A stretch of 64,000 nt of DNA, from positions 2,420 through 66,419 of the IMG/VR virus record IMGVR_UViG_2891785506_000002, one strand, 5' to 3'. Shown in pieces: positions 36,322 to 46,508 of the stretch. The DNA is from a virus. Its lineage: Duplodnaviria > Caudoviricetes. The position numbers and the translations under genes are program-made. The stretch's first letter is position 1. The number at the start of each line of letters is the position of its first letter. The notes under the pieces were generated by a model. That model made no database searches and was not told the DNA's origin. It saw nothing but the letters and a program-made list of their open reading frames with translations.

Positions 36322-36788
36322 TTCGTTAAAATTATATCAGTTACAGGATCATTGACCTTGAACGTGACCTTGAACAAAAAAACATCTCCCTCGGCGTCGC
36401 TTCTAACATATTCTCCATCTTGGGAAACACTCATGAATCTCACGTTTTTACGACCGATTCCAGTGAAAGAATCATATACTTTCAAACTAGCCCCGCTTCC
36501 ATCTCTACCAGTCAAGTAATCCAGAAAGTCACGTATCTTTTCATTTGCCGATCCCGACACGCCCTTGTAAGCAAACTCAACACTTATCTCGTATGATTTT
36601 AACCTTATAACGTCAGGAATAAACTCGTCATCTCCGTCCTCGTCAGACCATTCGGTATTCGCTAGTTCCTTCGCGTCCCCGTGTATCTTGAATGGGAAAT
36701 CCTTGCACCATATCCCGAAATCGGAAACGCTTTCCTTCACTAGCGAACCTTCCTTCTCCTTTTGAAAATATATTCCTTTGTACGCCAT
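36318..36788 (-). CDS. Distal tail protein (Dit)-like
   Basis: 156 aa between tape measure and Tal; F..TFKVNDP.T C-terminus. Confidence 0.7.
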   Translation of the reverse strand: MAYKGIYFQKEKEGSLVKESVSDFGIWCKDFPFKIHGDAKELANTEWSDEDGDDEFIPDVIRLKSYEISVEFAYKGVSGSANEKIRDFLDYLTGRDGSGASLKVYDSFTGIGRKNVRFMSVSQDGEYVRSDAEGDVFLFKVTFKVNDPVTDIILTK

Positions 36789-36799
36789 ATCATCAAAAT

Positions 36800-36887
36800 A
36801 AAAAAAAAGCCCGTCATCCGGAATTAATACTCCAGGTGCCGGGCTTCAATTGAGCCTCATTCTTTACATTATGGTAGTACAAATATA
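36800..36887 (-). promoter_or_regulatory. Promoter + GAGG + terminator-like hairpin leader of the tail-tip operon
   Basis: Minus strand: TATATTTG (36887-36880), 21 nt, GAGG (36858-36855), hairpin AAGCCCG/CGGGCTT, T9. Confidence 0.6.
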
Positions 36888-37045
36888 CAAATAAATACTA
36901 TTAAACAACATGATAAAAGCATTTATTTAAAGTATTACTTTAATATACTAATTCAAAATTTGAAGTTCATGTTTGGGATTAAACACATTCTAAATTACGA
37001 TCAAATAACGCGGGGATAATAAAATTATAAATTTATATTGTAACT

Positions 37046-37654
37046 TTGTACTTGAATCATCTAAGAATTATTACCATGTGTATAGGCATTCGGACAAACA
37101 AGGAATTAATCGGTAATTTGATGATACTTCTTGCCAACGCTTGCAAGCCATTATATCACACCAAATTACTTAAATTGCTCTACTTGATAGACGAAGAATC
37201 AGTCAAGAGAACAGGAGTTCCCATCACGTGGTTGAACTACAAAGCATGGATGCACGGTCCGGTAACCGAAGATGTCTATTACTCAAAAATCAAAGGACAT
37301 AATAAATTCTCTGATTACGTTTCATTTAATGATATGGCGGATGGATCTTGTATCATTAAGCCGGTGGCACAATTTGATGATGGCGAGTTTTCAGATTTAG
37401 ACTTACAGGTTATAAATGATATACTGAAATTGTATGGAGGGAAAACAGCACGTCAACTTGTGGACTTAACGCACCAGCCAGATTCTTTATACGATATCGC
37501 GAAAAAGAAACATGGCATCGAATTTTCGGAAGATAATTGCACTTCCGAGATAGAGATTGATTTCCAACAGCTACTAGATTCAGATTCTCGAAAAGCGGAA
37601 TTCAATTACGCGTTAGAAAACATGAAAACGAAGATATACTCGGGGAATGTATAA
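37046..37654 (+). CDS. Panacea-domain (DUF4065/SocA-like) antitoxin
   Basis: TKLLKLLYLID...G.PIT...YKAW.HGPV...; YG..TA.QLV.LTH; start uncertain. Confidence 0.85.
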   Translation: MYLNHLRIITMCIGIRTNKELIGNLMILLANACKPLYHTKLLKLLYLIDEESVKRTGVPITWLNYKAWMHGPVTEDVYYSKIKGHNKFSDYVSFNDMADGSCIIKPVAQFDDGEFSDLDLQVINDILKLYGGKTARQLVDLTHQPDSLYDIAKKKHGIEFSEDNCTSEIEIDFQQLLDSDSRKAEFNYALENMKTKIYSGNV

Positions 37655-38084
37655 CATAGGTGATATTCTTCTCGTGGAAAATTATCCACTTCCATCGGAA
37701 TATAAGGACAAGTTTTTCATCGTGATCGGGAATATGGAAACAGGATACCAACTGTTATCCATGACAACCTCCCAATTATATTTTGACATCAGCCTCGTTA
37801 AACACGGCGAAATTGTCGACCGTGAACTATCCGGTTTCTGTTTCCCCGCAGGGCACGTCATTGGAATAAATAATTTTTGTTTCAATAAACACACATTTTT
37901 ATCTCATCGAGGTAGCATTCGGGAACATGACGATAATTTCCTTTCCAAATTCAACGTGGTACGCGTGGATCATATTAAAGATGATGAACTTGAAGATTTA
38001 GTCTACAGTTTCTACAAAAGCGAAAAGGTAAAAAGAAAGTATAAACCGTCCTTGGAAAATGTATTGGAAAATATAATAAAATAA
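37647..38084 (+). CDS. Putative toxin, PemK/MazF-like
   Basis: GDILLV.......KDKFFIVIG......LLSMTTS N-terminus; overlaps the antitoxin stop. Confidence 0.5.
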   Translation: MYNIGDILLVENYPLPSEYKDKFFIVIGNMETGYQLLSMTTSQLYFDISLVKHGEIVDRELSGFCFPAGHVIGINNFCFNKHTFLSHRGSIREHDDNFLSKFNVVRVDHIKDDELEDLVYSFYKSEKVKRKYKPSLENVLENIIK

Positions 38085-38106
38085 AGCCGGGATTCCCCCG
38101 GCTTAC
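38084..38106. terminator. Bidirectional terminator
   Basis: AAGCCGGG-ATTCC-CCCGGCTT between convergent genes. Confidence 0.6.
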
Positions 38107-38107
38107 A

Positions 38108-41100
38108 TTACACGTTCAATCTAACCCCGCTACCTGGCGTCGTTGCCCTCCTGAACAAATCCCTGAACTCCGTCAACACCTGCACGTTATTAGCGGTATT
38201 AACCTGTATCATGGTCAACTGCGTCAACTGCGCCTCAGCGATCAAATTCACGGATGGATACGTTTCATTCAAAAACTTTTCCCATTGCATCTTGATGATG
38301 CTAACGTCCGCACGAGTGGCGTTAAGATAGGATGCCAATAAATTACCAGTATCTTCCGTCAGAGATTGCACGCTTTTCCCAAGAGTTGGCGCGTTAGTGT
38401 CTTTCCCGAACACGTCAAACCCATGATTTTTCATGATATTTTTATACATTTCTAAAAATGCTTCTCCCATTTTAGTCGCCTTCTCTGAATCCTTGGCTAA
38501 TTCCTCGGTAGCATCGGCAATCTCTCCTGATAATAACGCGTTAGCAATAGCATCTACAAAAGCATTACCTGTTTGCCCTCCACCGTAGTCTCCATAATTT
38601 TCATATGCTTTTTTTATTCTCTCTTGATACTTGTCAAACATTCCTTGCATGAAAGTGTTCTTCAAGATTTGTTCCCCAACGTCTTCAAGAACTTCAACCA
38701 CGCTATCCCGAAATGACTTCGCGGCATCGGTACCGTTTCTAAAAGCGTCCACGATACTATTACTCAAACTATCTGCAAGACTTCCAAATGTTTCAGATAT
38801 ATACTCCGATATAGCTTTCTCCGCTTCTTGTATTTGCTTTTCCAGTTCAACTAACTTCCGGAGATTGTTTTCCGTTTCACCTGCTAGATTATCAGCATTC
38901 TCTAGCAGAGATTCAGCTACCGCGAGATTCAACCTTCCATCAGCAAAAAATAACTCGGCACCATCCATATTCTCCTTAACCCATTGCACTAGATCTTGAG
39001 TCTTAGTGTGCTTGCCTCCTATCCCGAGAAAACCTTTCTTTCTCGTTCGGGTGATATAACGAAGATTATCTTTTAATGCCACGTACTCGCTGTCATTTTT
39101 CGATACAGAATTCAACACGGTGTTTGTAACTATTCCTCCCCACCATCTCCATTTACTCTTCGGATCTTTCCAAGCTTTTTGCTGCTCGTTCAACTTGTTA
39201 TTGTAATTATCCGTGGCATCATTAAGAGCTTGAATAGCATTTAGTGCGTTCGATATCTGCTTGGTTCCCCACACGTCTTCCTGCAACAGTTTTGTTTCAA
39301 CAAGCTTCTTGTTATACGTGTCCTGCGTATCCACGATGCCTTGCAACCAACGTTGATATCTTTCCCGATCCTCGTTTCCACTCAACCATCCTTTGATTTT
39401 ATCCACGATCTGCATGGCTGTCGAGATTACCTTCAATATAACTGACGCTGATTCTATCATGGCTACTGCTTTCGCCCCAGCAGTGGCGGCAACCTCCACG
39501 GCATCGATACTGTTCATAATTCCTTGTGCCGACTCCGTGGCGAACATACCTATATCCCCGATCAACGATATAATGTCACCAGCGGTTCCGCCGATACTCC
39601 CTCCAAGGTCTTTCAACGCCCCCGAAAAATCATCCACGGTTCCAGCTACCGACGACATGGCTTTTTTCATCTTGCTCGTCTTGTCAAGATAGTTATCCGT
39701 GGCTTCGTTTAATTCCTTCATGGCATCAGCCTCGCTCATCACCTTGTTTGCGCCAGACAGAACGAATTTCACCGTGTTTTGAGCTTGATGTAACCTCGTG
39801 GTTGCGGAATTTACTTCATCGATGCTATCCTTCAATGCCTTGAATGGGTCACGTTCCGTTAATTTATCTGCAATACTTTCTATTATTCTGACAAACTCCT
39901 TCATGTTCGTCAAGTCAAAAGATTCAGCAGCCTCTAGTTTAAACTTTTCAAGTTGTTCCAGCAAAAATTGCAAAGTCCAGGTTGACGTTTTATCCAAATC
40001 CTCGAAAGCCCTCAAGTACTCCGGGGAATTCTTGAACTGGTCAAACTTTGTTTTCAATATGTCCGATTGTTCATCTCTCTTTCTTTTCGCTATTGCCTTA
40101 TCCGTCGCCTCGTCACCGAGCATCGCTCTCTGCTCCTCCAGTTTCCGTATATCATCGTTCGCTTTCCTTTTTATCTCCACGATCTTTTCCTCGTAATCAC
40201 GATATTTATTAATCAACTTGGCAGCGTCAAGCATATCTTCTTCCGTAAGCTTCGAAGTAGCCTCCTTGATCTTTTTCACGATGGGGGACAAGTTGCCGTA
40301 TTCGCCCAATTGCCGGTCGCTCATCCCGAGCAACTCTTCAATCGTCACTTTCTTCCCGCTTGCCTCAATCTCTTTTCTCAACTTCTCCCGCAATTCCTCT
40401 ATCTCGCTATTGAAAGAAACATTACCACCGAATGCAGCCATCATTGCCCCCTCTTTGCTACCTGTCAAGTCATACAACTTCCTGTACAACTCCCATTTCC
40501 TGGCAACGAGCTCCACTTCCTCTCTCATCAACTGCACGGAGTCTTTCAAGTCATTCTTCTCATCTTCCCTAATGCCTTTCGCCCCTGACTTAGAGTACGC
40601 CGTCAAATCAACACCGAAAGACTGCCCGAAAGATTCATACTGCTTTTTCTGGAACTTGAATATCTCCAGGTTCTCCATCGCTTTACCATCAAGCAACTTG
40701 GGAGAAAGTTTCTCGATACTCTCTATCTCTTTTTTAACATTGTCGTACTCTTCTCCTATACGCTCTAGGAACTTGATCACGTTAGCTTTCTCCTCGTCTT
40801 TCGGGGCAAGGAAATTAGTTGTCACATCCCGCCCACCAACGCTTAACTCTTCCCTTGATAACCGTTCCGCCGTTTTTACCCACTCGTCCGACTCTTTGCT
40901 CAACTCAGCTATCCGGGCATTAATATTCGCTATATAGTTCCTCGTGTACTGGTCATCAGCATCCCCGAACACCTTCAACTGTTCTGTGAGCATCTCCACT
41001 TGATGCGCCCTCGCTTTCTCCGAGTCACTAGGCATCGTTTTAGCGTAACGTTCCTCAATCTTCCTTAGCTCATCTTCATACAATTTTATCCCATTGTACC

Positions 41101-43468
41101 TGCTATCCAAACTTCTTGAAAACTCATTTTCTGCTTTCTTTTGTTCTTGAATTAACTCCCGAATACGATTCGCATAAGTAACAATACTTTCATCGCCAGT
41201 AAAAGCTTCTGTTATATGAATATCCTTCCCGTATAACTTTCCTACTTCAGAAAGTATTTTGTAGGCGTCAGTCACCGAATCTCTAGTCAACCTGTATACA
41301 AAATCACTAGCAAATTTCTTTGTCATACTGGGGTCTAACCCTATTTTTTCAGCGATCTGTTCTTGCAATTTGATATTAGTTTTACTTATTTTTTCAGCAT
41401 ACTCTTCTTCTATCTTCTGCACTCCCTGCTCGTAAGCCTGCGCCTGCGTTCTGCGCTTGATTGCTTCTGTTACTTTATCAATAGATGCTGCTACTTGCTC
41501 GTTACTGTCCGCCTCCTTGAACAAATTAGGCAAATACTCCCCGTACCGGTTATTAATTTGATTGATAATATCCAAACGCTCTTTAGAACCTGTATTCGCC
41601 TTCTTTAAACGATCTACAAGATTATTGTATCCTGCCACTGCCACTGTAACGGAAGATCCTGCCTTATCGCCGATCTCGTCCAACTCTCTTTTAAGCTTTG
41701 TTGCTTCCTGGCTAACGTTATATAAATGAATGCCTAGACTAACAACCGCTCCAAGAACCAAACCAATCCATCCACCTTTTCCAACAGAAGAAAGTACTCC
41801 GTTTAATTTATTTATTCTACCGATAGTCACGGCTGTAGCGGCGTTCATTTTAGCTGCTGCCGCTGTTTCTGCAACCATGGCTGCCGCCGCTCTTTGCGTG
41901 GCCAAAGCCAAACCTTGCTTTCTAACAATTTGTATAGCATCTAACGTGTTGGCTATCGTTACCGCTGCCTTATACGCCCCATAAGTAACTACAAGAGAGC
42001 CGATAACCATTGAAACACCCCGCCAGTTATTCATCAAGCTTGTCAACATCTCTAGGCTCGCCTTCAATGGTCCGTTATTCCCCTCCGCTATCTCCGATAA
42101 CATGATGTCGTAGCTATCTCGCAAGTTCGACCATTTGCCCGCCAAACTTTCTGCCAACTCCTCTTGCATGTTATAAAACTTACCTCCCTCGTTCGTTAAA
42201 TCCCACAGCACCTCTTTCACCATCTCGAAACTAACCATCCTCTTCGATATCCGGTCAAACACCTCCCCGGCAGAAACAACGTTACCCTCCAGTTGGGAGA
42301 ATTTCTTCGCTAGTTCGTCAATCAACGGGATTCCAGCCTCCGTGAACTGCCTTACCTCTTGTCCACGCAGGAAAGCCGCACTTCTAACCTGCCCGTAAGC
42401 CAGTATAATACGCCCCATGTCAACCCCGAGGCCGGCAGAAATATCCGCCAAACGTTTCGTCGTGTCGTACAACTCCTCGTAAGGGATTGCAAAAGCGGAA
42501 AGTTGCTTGGCATAGCTGGCTAAATCCTTGAACTCGAAAGGAGATTCAACAGCTAAAGTTTTAATTTGGCTGAAAATAGTTTCTGCCCGAGAGGCATCCC
42601 CAATAATAGAACGCAAGGCGATCTTCTGCTTCTCGAACTCTCCTCCAATCTGTATAATACTTCCTAGAAAACGTTCTGCGGCGTAAATAGACAAATATCC
42701 AGATATTTGATTTTTAACCTCGCTTGCAATTCTACCTTGACTCGACAATCTCGTGTTTGCATCACTCGTGAACTTTGCTAGATTTCTTTGCTCTTGTGCC
42801 GCTTGTCTAGTTTGCTCGGCAAGTCGATTGGCTTCACTTCTCCTTTGAATATTATTCAGCTTGTCCTGTTCTTGTGCCAGCAAACGAATTGAATTCAATT
42901 GCCGGGTCAAATTGCTCCCGATAGCATTTTGAATCCCTCGCGCATCTTCTCTGTCAAGCGACCTTAAAGCGTTCTTTATTTGTTCTATCTTTCGTAACGC
43001 CTCTTCGTACCCTTTACCACCACCAGAAAATTTGCCAGTAGAGCGTATCTTGCTCTCTAAAGTATCCAGTTTATTAAGGGCACCTTGTATCCGTGCTATA
43101 TTTTGAAGCCTTGTGTTATCTGATAACACTCTCGCTTTGCTCTCCGCGTCAGCTTTACGTTCCAAATCCCGGTAATAGTCACCCATCTTCTTCAACTCGT
43201 CATTTACCTTTCCGATAGAATTAATAGATTCCACCATCTGACCGGTCATCTGTTTCGAGATAGAAGCGTTTAACTTCTCTTTTGCCAAAGCGGCTGCTGC
43301 TTGCGCTTTCTCGTACGCCCGTTCCAGCTTGGTCACGTCCACATCAGGGCGCACGTTCATTCTAACGTCTTTTAATCTCGCTTCAACCCTCTTCTTTATC
43401 TTATCGTAATCCTTCTCCGTTTCGTCCTTCAACCCCAACGAAAACCACAACTTTCCCAAATCTGCCAT
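38108..43468 (-). CDS. Tape measure protein
   Basis: 1786 aa helical; tape-measure core (AVESPFEFKDL..YAKQL.AF, YGQVRSA.FLRGQE.RQF.EAGIP). Confidence 0.92.
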   Translation of the reverse strand: MADLGKLWFSLGLKDETEKDYDKIKKRVEARLKDVRMNVRPDVDVTKLERAYEKAQAAAALAKEKLNASISKQMTGQMVESINSIGKVNDELKKMGDYYRDLERKADAESKARVLSDNTRLQNIARIQGALNKLDTLESKIRSTGKFSGGGKGYEEALRKIEQIKNALRSLDREDARGIQNAIGSNLTRQLNSIRLLAQEQDKLNNIQRRSEANRLAEQTRQAAQEQRNLAKFTSDANTRLSSQGRIASEVKNQISGYLSIYAAERFLGSIIQIGGEFEKQKIALRSIIGDASRAETIFSQIKTLAVESPFEFKDLASYAKQLSAFAIPYEELYDTTKRLADISAGLGVDMGRIILAYGQVRSAAFLRGQEVRQFTEAGIPLIDELAKKFSQLEGNVVSAGEVFDRISKRMVSFEMVKEVLWDLTNEGGKFYNMQEELAESLAGKWSNLRDSYDIMLSEIAEGNNGPLKASLEMLTSLMNNWRGVSMVIGSLVVTYGAYKAAVTIANTLDAIQIVRKQGLALATQRAAAAMVAETAAAAKMNAATAVTIGRINKLNGVLSSVGKGGWIGLVLGAVVSLGIHLYNVSQEATKLKRELDEIGDKAGSSVTVAVAGYNNLVDRLKKANTGSKERLDIINQINNRYGEYLPNLFKEADSNEQVAASIDKVTEAIKRRTQAQAYEQGVQKIEEEYAEKISKTNIKLQEQIAEKIGLDPSMTKKFASDFVYRLTRDSVTDAYKILSEVGKLYGKDIHITEAFTGDESIVTYANRIRELIQEQKKAENEFSRSLDSRYNGIKLYEDELRKIEERYAKTMPSDSEKARAHQVEMLTEQLKVFGDADDQYTRNYIANINARIAELSKESDEWVKTAERLSREELSVGGRDVTTNFLAPKDEEKANVIKFLERIGEEYDNVKKEIESIEKLSPKLLDGKAMENLEIFKFQKKQYESFGQSFGVDLTAYSKSGAKGIREDEKNDLKDSVQLMREEVELVARKWELYRKLYDLTGSKEGAMMAAFGGNVSFNSEIEELREKLRKEIEASGKKVTIEELLGMSDRQLGEYGNLSPIVKKIKEATSKLTEEDMLDAAKLINKYRDYEEKIVEIKRKANDDIRKLEEQRAMLGDEATDKAIAKRKRDEQSDILKTKFDQFKNSPEYLRAFEDLDKTSTWTLQFLLEQLEKFKLEAAESFDLTNMKEFVRIIESIADKLTERDPFKALKDSIDEVNSATTRLHQAQNTVKFVLSGANKVMSEADAMKELNEATDNYLDKTSKMKKAMSSVAGTVDDFSGALKDLGGSIGGTAGDIISLIGDIGMFATESAQGIMNSIDAVEVAATAGAKAVAMIESASVILKVISTAMQIVDKIKGWLSGNEDRERYQRWLQGIVDTQDTYNKKLVETKLLQEDVWGTKQISNALNAIQALNDATDNYNNKLNEQQKAWKDPKSKWRWWGGIVTNTVLNSVSKNDSEYVALKDNLRYITRTRKKGFLGIGGKHTKTQDLVQWVKENMDGAELFFADGRLNLAVAESLLENADNLAGETENNLRKLVELEKQIQEAEKAISEYISETFGSLADSLSNSIVDAFRNGTDAAKSFRDSVVEVLEDVGEQILKNTFMQGMFDKYQERIKKAYENYGDYGGGQTGNAFVDAIANALLSGEIADATEELAKDSEKATKMGEAFLEMYKNIMKNHGFDVFGKDTNAPTLGKSVQSLTEDTGNLLASYLNATRADVSIIKMQWEKFLNETYPSVNLIAEAQLTQLTMIQVNTANNVQVLTEFRDLFRRATTPGSGVRLNV

Positions 43469-43472
43469 AACA

Positions 43473-43742
43473 CTATTCTTTGTTTAATTTTCCAGTTTTC
43501 AAAAAATCATTCAGGTTAAATTTTGTCCCGCTCGCCTCTCTCTTCGCCTTCTTTGCCTTCCACCGTTCTACCCAGTCATCCACGTCCTTCTTCGTCCGTT
43601 TCTTCTCCTTTACCTTGTGGTCATAAACAACAAGGGGTACATCGCAAGTGAACAGCTCTATTTGAGCTATCGTGTACACTTGCATGTACCCCCATCTCGG
43701 TATACTCCACAACCCCCAGAATAATATCAATGGTTTTAGCAA
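43473..43742 (-). CDS. Tail assembly chaperone gpT-like extension
   Basis: Lies in the -1 frame of the upstream chaperone, with no good independent start. Confidence 0.6.
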   Translation of the reverse strand: MLKPLILFWGLWSIPRWGYMQVYTIAQIELFTCDVPLVVYDHKVKEKKRTKKDVDDWVERWKAKKAKREASGTKFNLNDFLKTGKLNKE

Positions 43743-43759
43743 CCATTGGTGCTTCTCGC

Positions 43760-44215
43760 CTATAAAGTGGCTCGCTCCCCACGAGGTTCTCGAAGGAAAC
43801 GTTCTACTTCCTCCTTCTTCATCGCCATGATCGTGTCCCGCATCCCGATCGCTAACATGATATTCCCGTAAAACTGTTCTTGCTGTACTTTTTTTTTACC
43901 TTCAACAATTAATGGCATTAGCTGGCTCTCGTCATATTGCTTCACGTAATAAAACCATCGCCACGTGAGCCACCAGAAAAAAAGCAATTTCCAGTAATCG
44001 TTCAGCACGATAGCCGCCGCCACCTTGGCACTGATCTTGTCATCATTGCCATCCTCTCTTAAAACACGGGTAATCTTCCGGGTAGTAATACCTTTCAGCC
44101 ATTTCACCTTGTACGACTTCCTCGTGTGGGGAATATTAACCACGTTAGGCAAATTGTCTATGATACTGTTCAACACGCCCTCCGCATTCTTATCCGGTTG
44201 TTCAATACACTCCAT
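43760..44215 (-). CDS. Tail assembly chaperone gpG-like
   Basis: Between major tail and tape measure; contains an A9 slippery run. Confidence 0.65.
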   Translation of the reverse strand: MECIEQPDKNAEGVLNSIIDNLPNVVNIPHTRKSYKVKWLKGITTRKITRVLREDGNDDKISAKVAAAIVLNDYWKLLFFWWLTWRWFYYVKQYDESQLMPLIVEGKKKVQQEQFYGNIMLAIGMRDTIMAMKKEEVERFLREPRGERATL

Positions 44216-44270
44216 ATACTCCAGTAATTATGGCGGGCATATGTAAGCCCGCCAAAATGAATAATCAGCT

Positions 44271-44852
44271 TCAGACTTGGGTGTCTTGCGTTGTATCTCT
44301 CGTCAAGAAAGCGATATTGTCATCACTCGCTCCAGTTGCGGCAGCGTCATCCAGAACAATACTTCCGGTCAACGTGAATCCCAACGGTTTTGTCGTCGGG
44401 GAATCTAACGTAGGGGTAGCATAAACGGTCATGTTTTTAACCACGAAAGCGTGGCTATCGTCCTCCGACAATAAAACCATGCCAACATTCAACTTAACGT
44501 CTTTTAATGTCGCCGAGATCCCCTTGTATCCCTTGCCGTTAATCTTTGATGCCGCCACGGCGTTAGCCTCGCCGAGGAAATAATTAATCAAATCCTCGTG
44601 AACGCTAGGGACAAAAGCACTAAACTCGAACTCCCCTGGAGTCGAAGTAACCGCCCAATCAGATTGCAAACCATGAACCTTGTAATGATTTAACGTGGGA
44701 GCACCTTGCGACATGGATAAACTATCCACTTCTACAGGAAGATCAAAATCAGCTTCCACCGTGGCAAAATCCGTGATACCACCTTTTTTAATTAGAATTG
44801 AAGCTAGACCGGAAAAAACCTCTTTTAGCTCCACCTTGCTTTTCATTGTCAT
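44271..44852 (-). CDS. Major tail protein
   Basis: 193 aa, beta-rich; position after the tail terminator. Confidence 0.7.
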   Translation of the reverse strand: MTMKSKVELKEVFSGLASILIKKGGITDFATVEADFDLPVEVDSLSMSQGAPTLNHYKVHGLQSDWAVTSTPGEFEFSAFVPSVHEDLINYFLGEANAVAASKINGKGYKGISATLKDVKLNVGMVLLSEDDSHAFVVKNMTVYATPTLDSPTTKPLGFTLTGSIVLDDAAATGASDDNIAFLTRDTTQDTQV

Positions 44853-44876
44853 AACTTAATATTTTTAAATTAAACA

Positions 44877-45284
44877 CTAACTTGTAATCACTTGTGCTTG
44901 AATTGTCACCGTGTGGAAACCGAAACCGTCAGCACCACCCATCACCACCGAAGGATTAGAAGCGACAATGCCGTTATTGCTGATAGGGAATAGGTCTATA
45001 ACATCGTTAACCAAATCATCCATCCTCTTCACGTGTTCCACCTGTTTCTTGTCCCGGACAAAAATCTCCACCCAGCAAGTGGTCCTCGTCAGCCCGTAAG
45101 CATCCCTTGTCCCGTGAGTCATGTTAATCACGCTAACAGGAAGGCTCACAACGGCGAACTCGCTCATGTGCTCCGGCACACTCTTTGGTCTGCTAGTTGG
45201 GAATACACGTATTCCTAAACCGCTAACGGCAGTATCTAGCATCTCCAGCGTTTCTCCTATCCTGAACAACTTTCCCATAATCAA
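44877..45284 (-). CDS. Tail terminator/completion protein
   Basis: FPTSRP...FAVVSLP...VEIFVRD pattern; neck-module position. Confidence 0.55.
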   Translation of the reverse strand: MIMGKLFRIGETLEMLDTAVSGLGIRVFPTSRPKSVPEHMSEFAVVSLPVSVINMTHGTRDAYGLTRTTCWVEIFVRDKKQVEHVKRMDDLVNDVIDLFPISNNGIVASNPSVVMGGADGFGFHTVTIQAQVITS

Positions 45285-45805
45285 CTTAAATCAAAATCTA
45301 AACTAGAGGGAAACACGCTCCCCGTAATCAGACCGTCCCTCGTCACCTGACAAAACTGGAATGTATCCGTCATCACGTTCAACTGCCTAACCTTCTCCAC
45401 GTACTCGGCGTATTCAGTGCCAACTACAAAAACGATATCAAAACCATTCTTAACCGACGGAGTGAAACTCTTTAAGAATTTTACTGACTCCTCGTCACCG
45501 TAATAATGATTTTCTCCAGTGGGAGCCTTGAAACCTTTGTACCTTTCACCCTTGATTAACGTCCTTCGTTTAATATACTCTCTCGCATAAGGAGTGTCAA
45601 CAATCTTCAAATTCCCATCATAAAAAATCCCGAAAGCGATACTTCCCCTCGTGTTTCCCGTGACATTATGATATCTACCATCATGCCGTATCCTGTTAGC
45701 AACACGCTCGGAAATAGCATCTACAATTACCGATAAATTGCCATACATTTCGGAAGATAACTTCCGTTTCGCCTCTTTGAACGCCTTATCGTTAATTCCT
45801 GACAT
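45281..45805 (-). CDS. Neck protein (HK97 gp10-like)
   Basis: Y.NVTGN.RGSI...EYA.YVE pattern. Confidence 0.6.
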   Translation of the reverse strand: MSGINDKAFKEAKRKLSSEMYGNLSVIVDAISERVANRIRHDGRYHNVTGNTRGSIAFGIFYDGNLKIVDTPYAREYIKRRTLIKGERYKGFKAPTGENHYYGDEESVKFLKSFTPSVKNGFDIVFVVGTEYAEYVEKVRQLNVMTDTFQFCQVTRDGLITGSVFPSSLDFDLS

Positions 45806-46118
45806 ACCTCCAAGTTATATCCGTTCCTAGATTATTCGGCTCGCAGTCTACTACCTCGCCTTTCTCCGTGGAGGTCCCAACTTCAACAATTACCTTATCT
45901 CCCGTGAACGGCATAACCACCCAGTCGAACGTGGTCATGGGTATGGCAAGAATCCGGACGCTGGCTATAACATTACCAGCCCCCTTCGTCACGTACCGGG
46001 TATAACTCCTGCACTTCCCCTCGTACAACACCGTTTCAACCGGTTCTTTGTCGTCGTAAGGGTTCGCTTCCCCTTCCCTGTAAATCTTGCACCTATGCGG
46101 GAACCTCTCGTTATTCAT
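45792..46118 (-). CDS. Head-closure protein
   Basis: RFPHRCKIYR...VLYEGKCR; likely start is ATG 46118. Confidence 0.55.
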   Translation of the reverse strand: MNNERFPHRCKIYREGEANPYDDKEPVETVLYEGKCRSYTRYVTKGAGNVIASVRILAIPMTTFDWVVMPFTGDKVIVEVGTSTEKGEVVDCEPNNLGTDITWRYVRN

Positions 46119-46506
46119 GGCATCTCCTTCTTTTCCCCATGCCCCATGACACGATTTTGATAACACTCTTCACGAACTTGTCCTCTCCCCATTTCACCCT
46201 CAACTCGTTCGCCCTTTGTAGCATCGCCTTCTTGTCCGTGGCGTAAAACTCCGTTTGCCCCTCCTTGTGCTTCCACTGACCGTCAGCATCCTCCACCGAG
46301 CCTCGCACGCTAGGGATCGTTATCCCTCGATACAGCAACTCCGCTTCTGCCAAATCCAAATCCCGTTCTGAGAGAGAATCCACGGGAGTACCCCGCTCGA
46401 TTCCCCTCTTCACGAGAATAGCTTTGATCATATCGTCTGTCACCGTGAAACCAACGCACCCGCGCAAGTAATCCTCTATCGTGTAAAGACCGGTATCGTC
46501 TGCCAT
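46111..46506 (-). CDS. Head-tail adaptor
   Basis: Directly after the capsid gene. Confidence 0.55.
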   Translation of the reverse strand: MADDTGLYTIEDYLRGCVGFTVTDDMIKAILVKRGIERGTPVDSLSERDLDLAEAELLYRGITIPSVRGSVEDADGQWKHKEGQTEFYATDKKAMLQRANELRVKWGEDKFVKSVIKIVSWGMGKRRRCHE

Positions 46507-46508
46507 GG

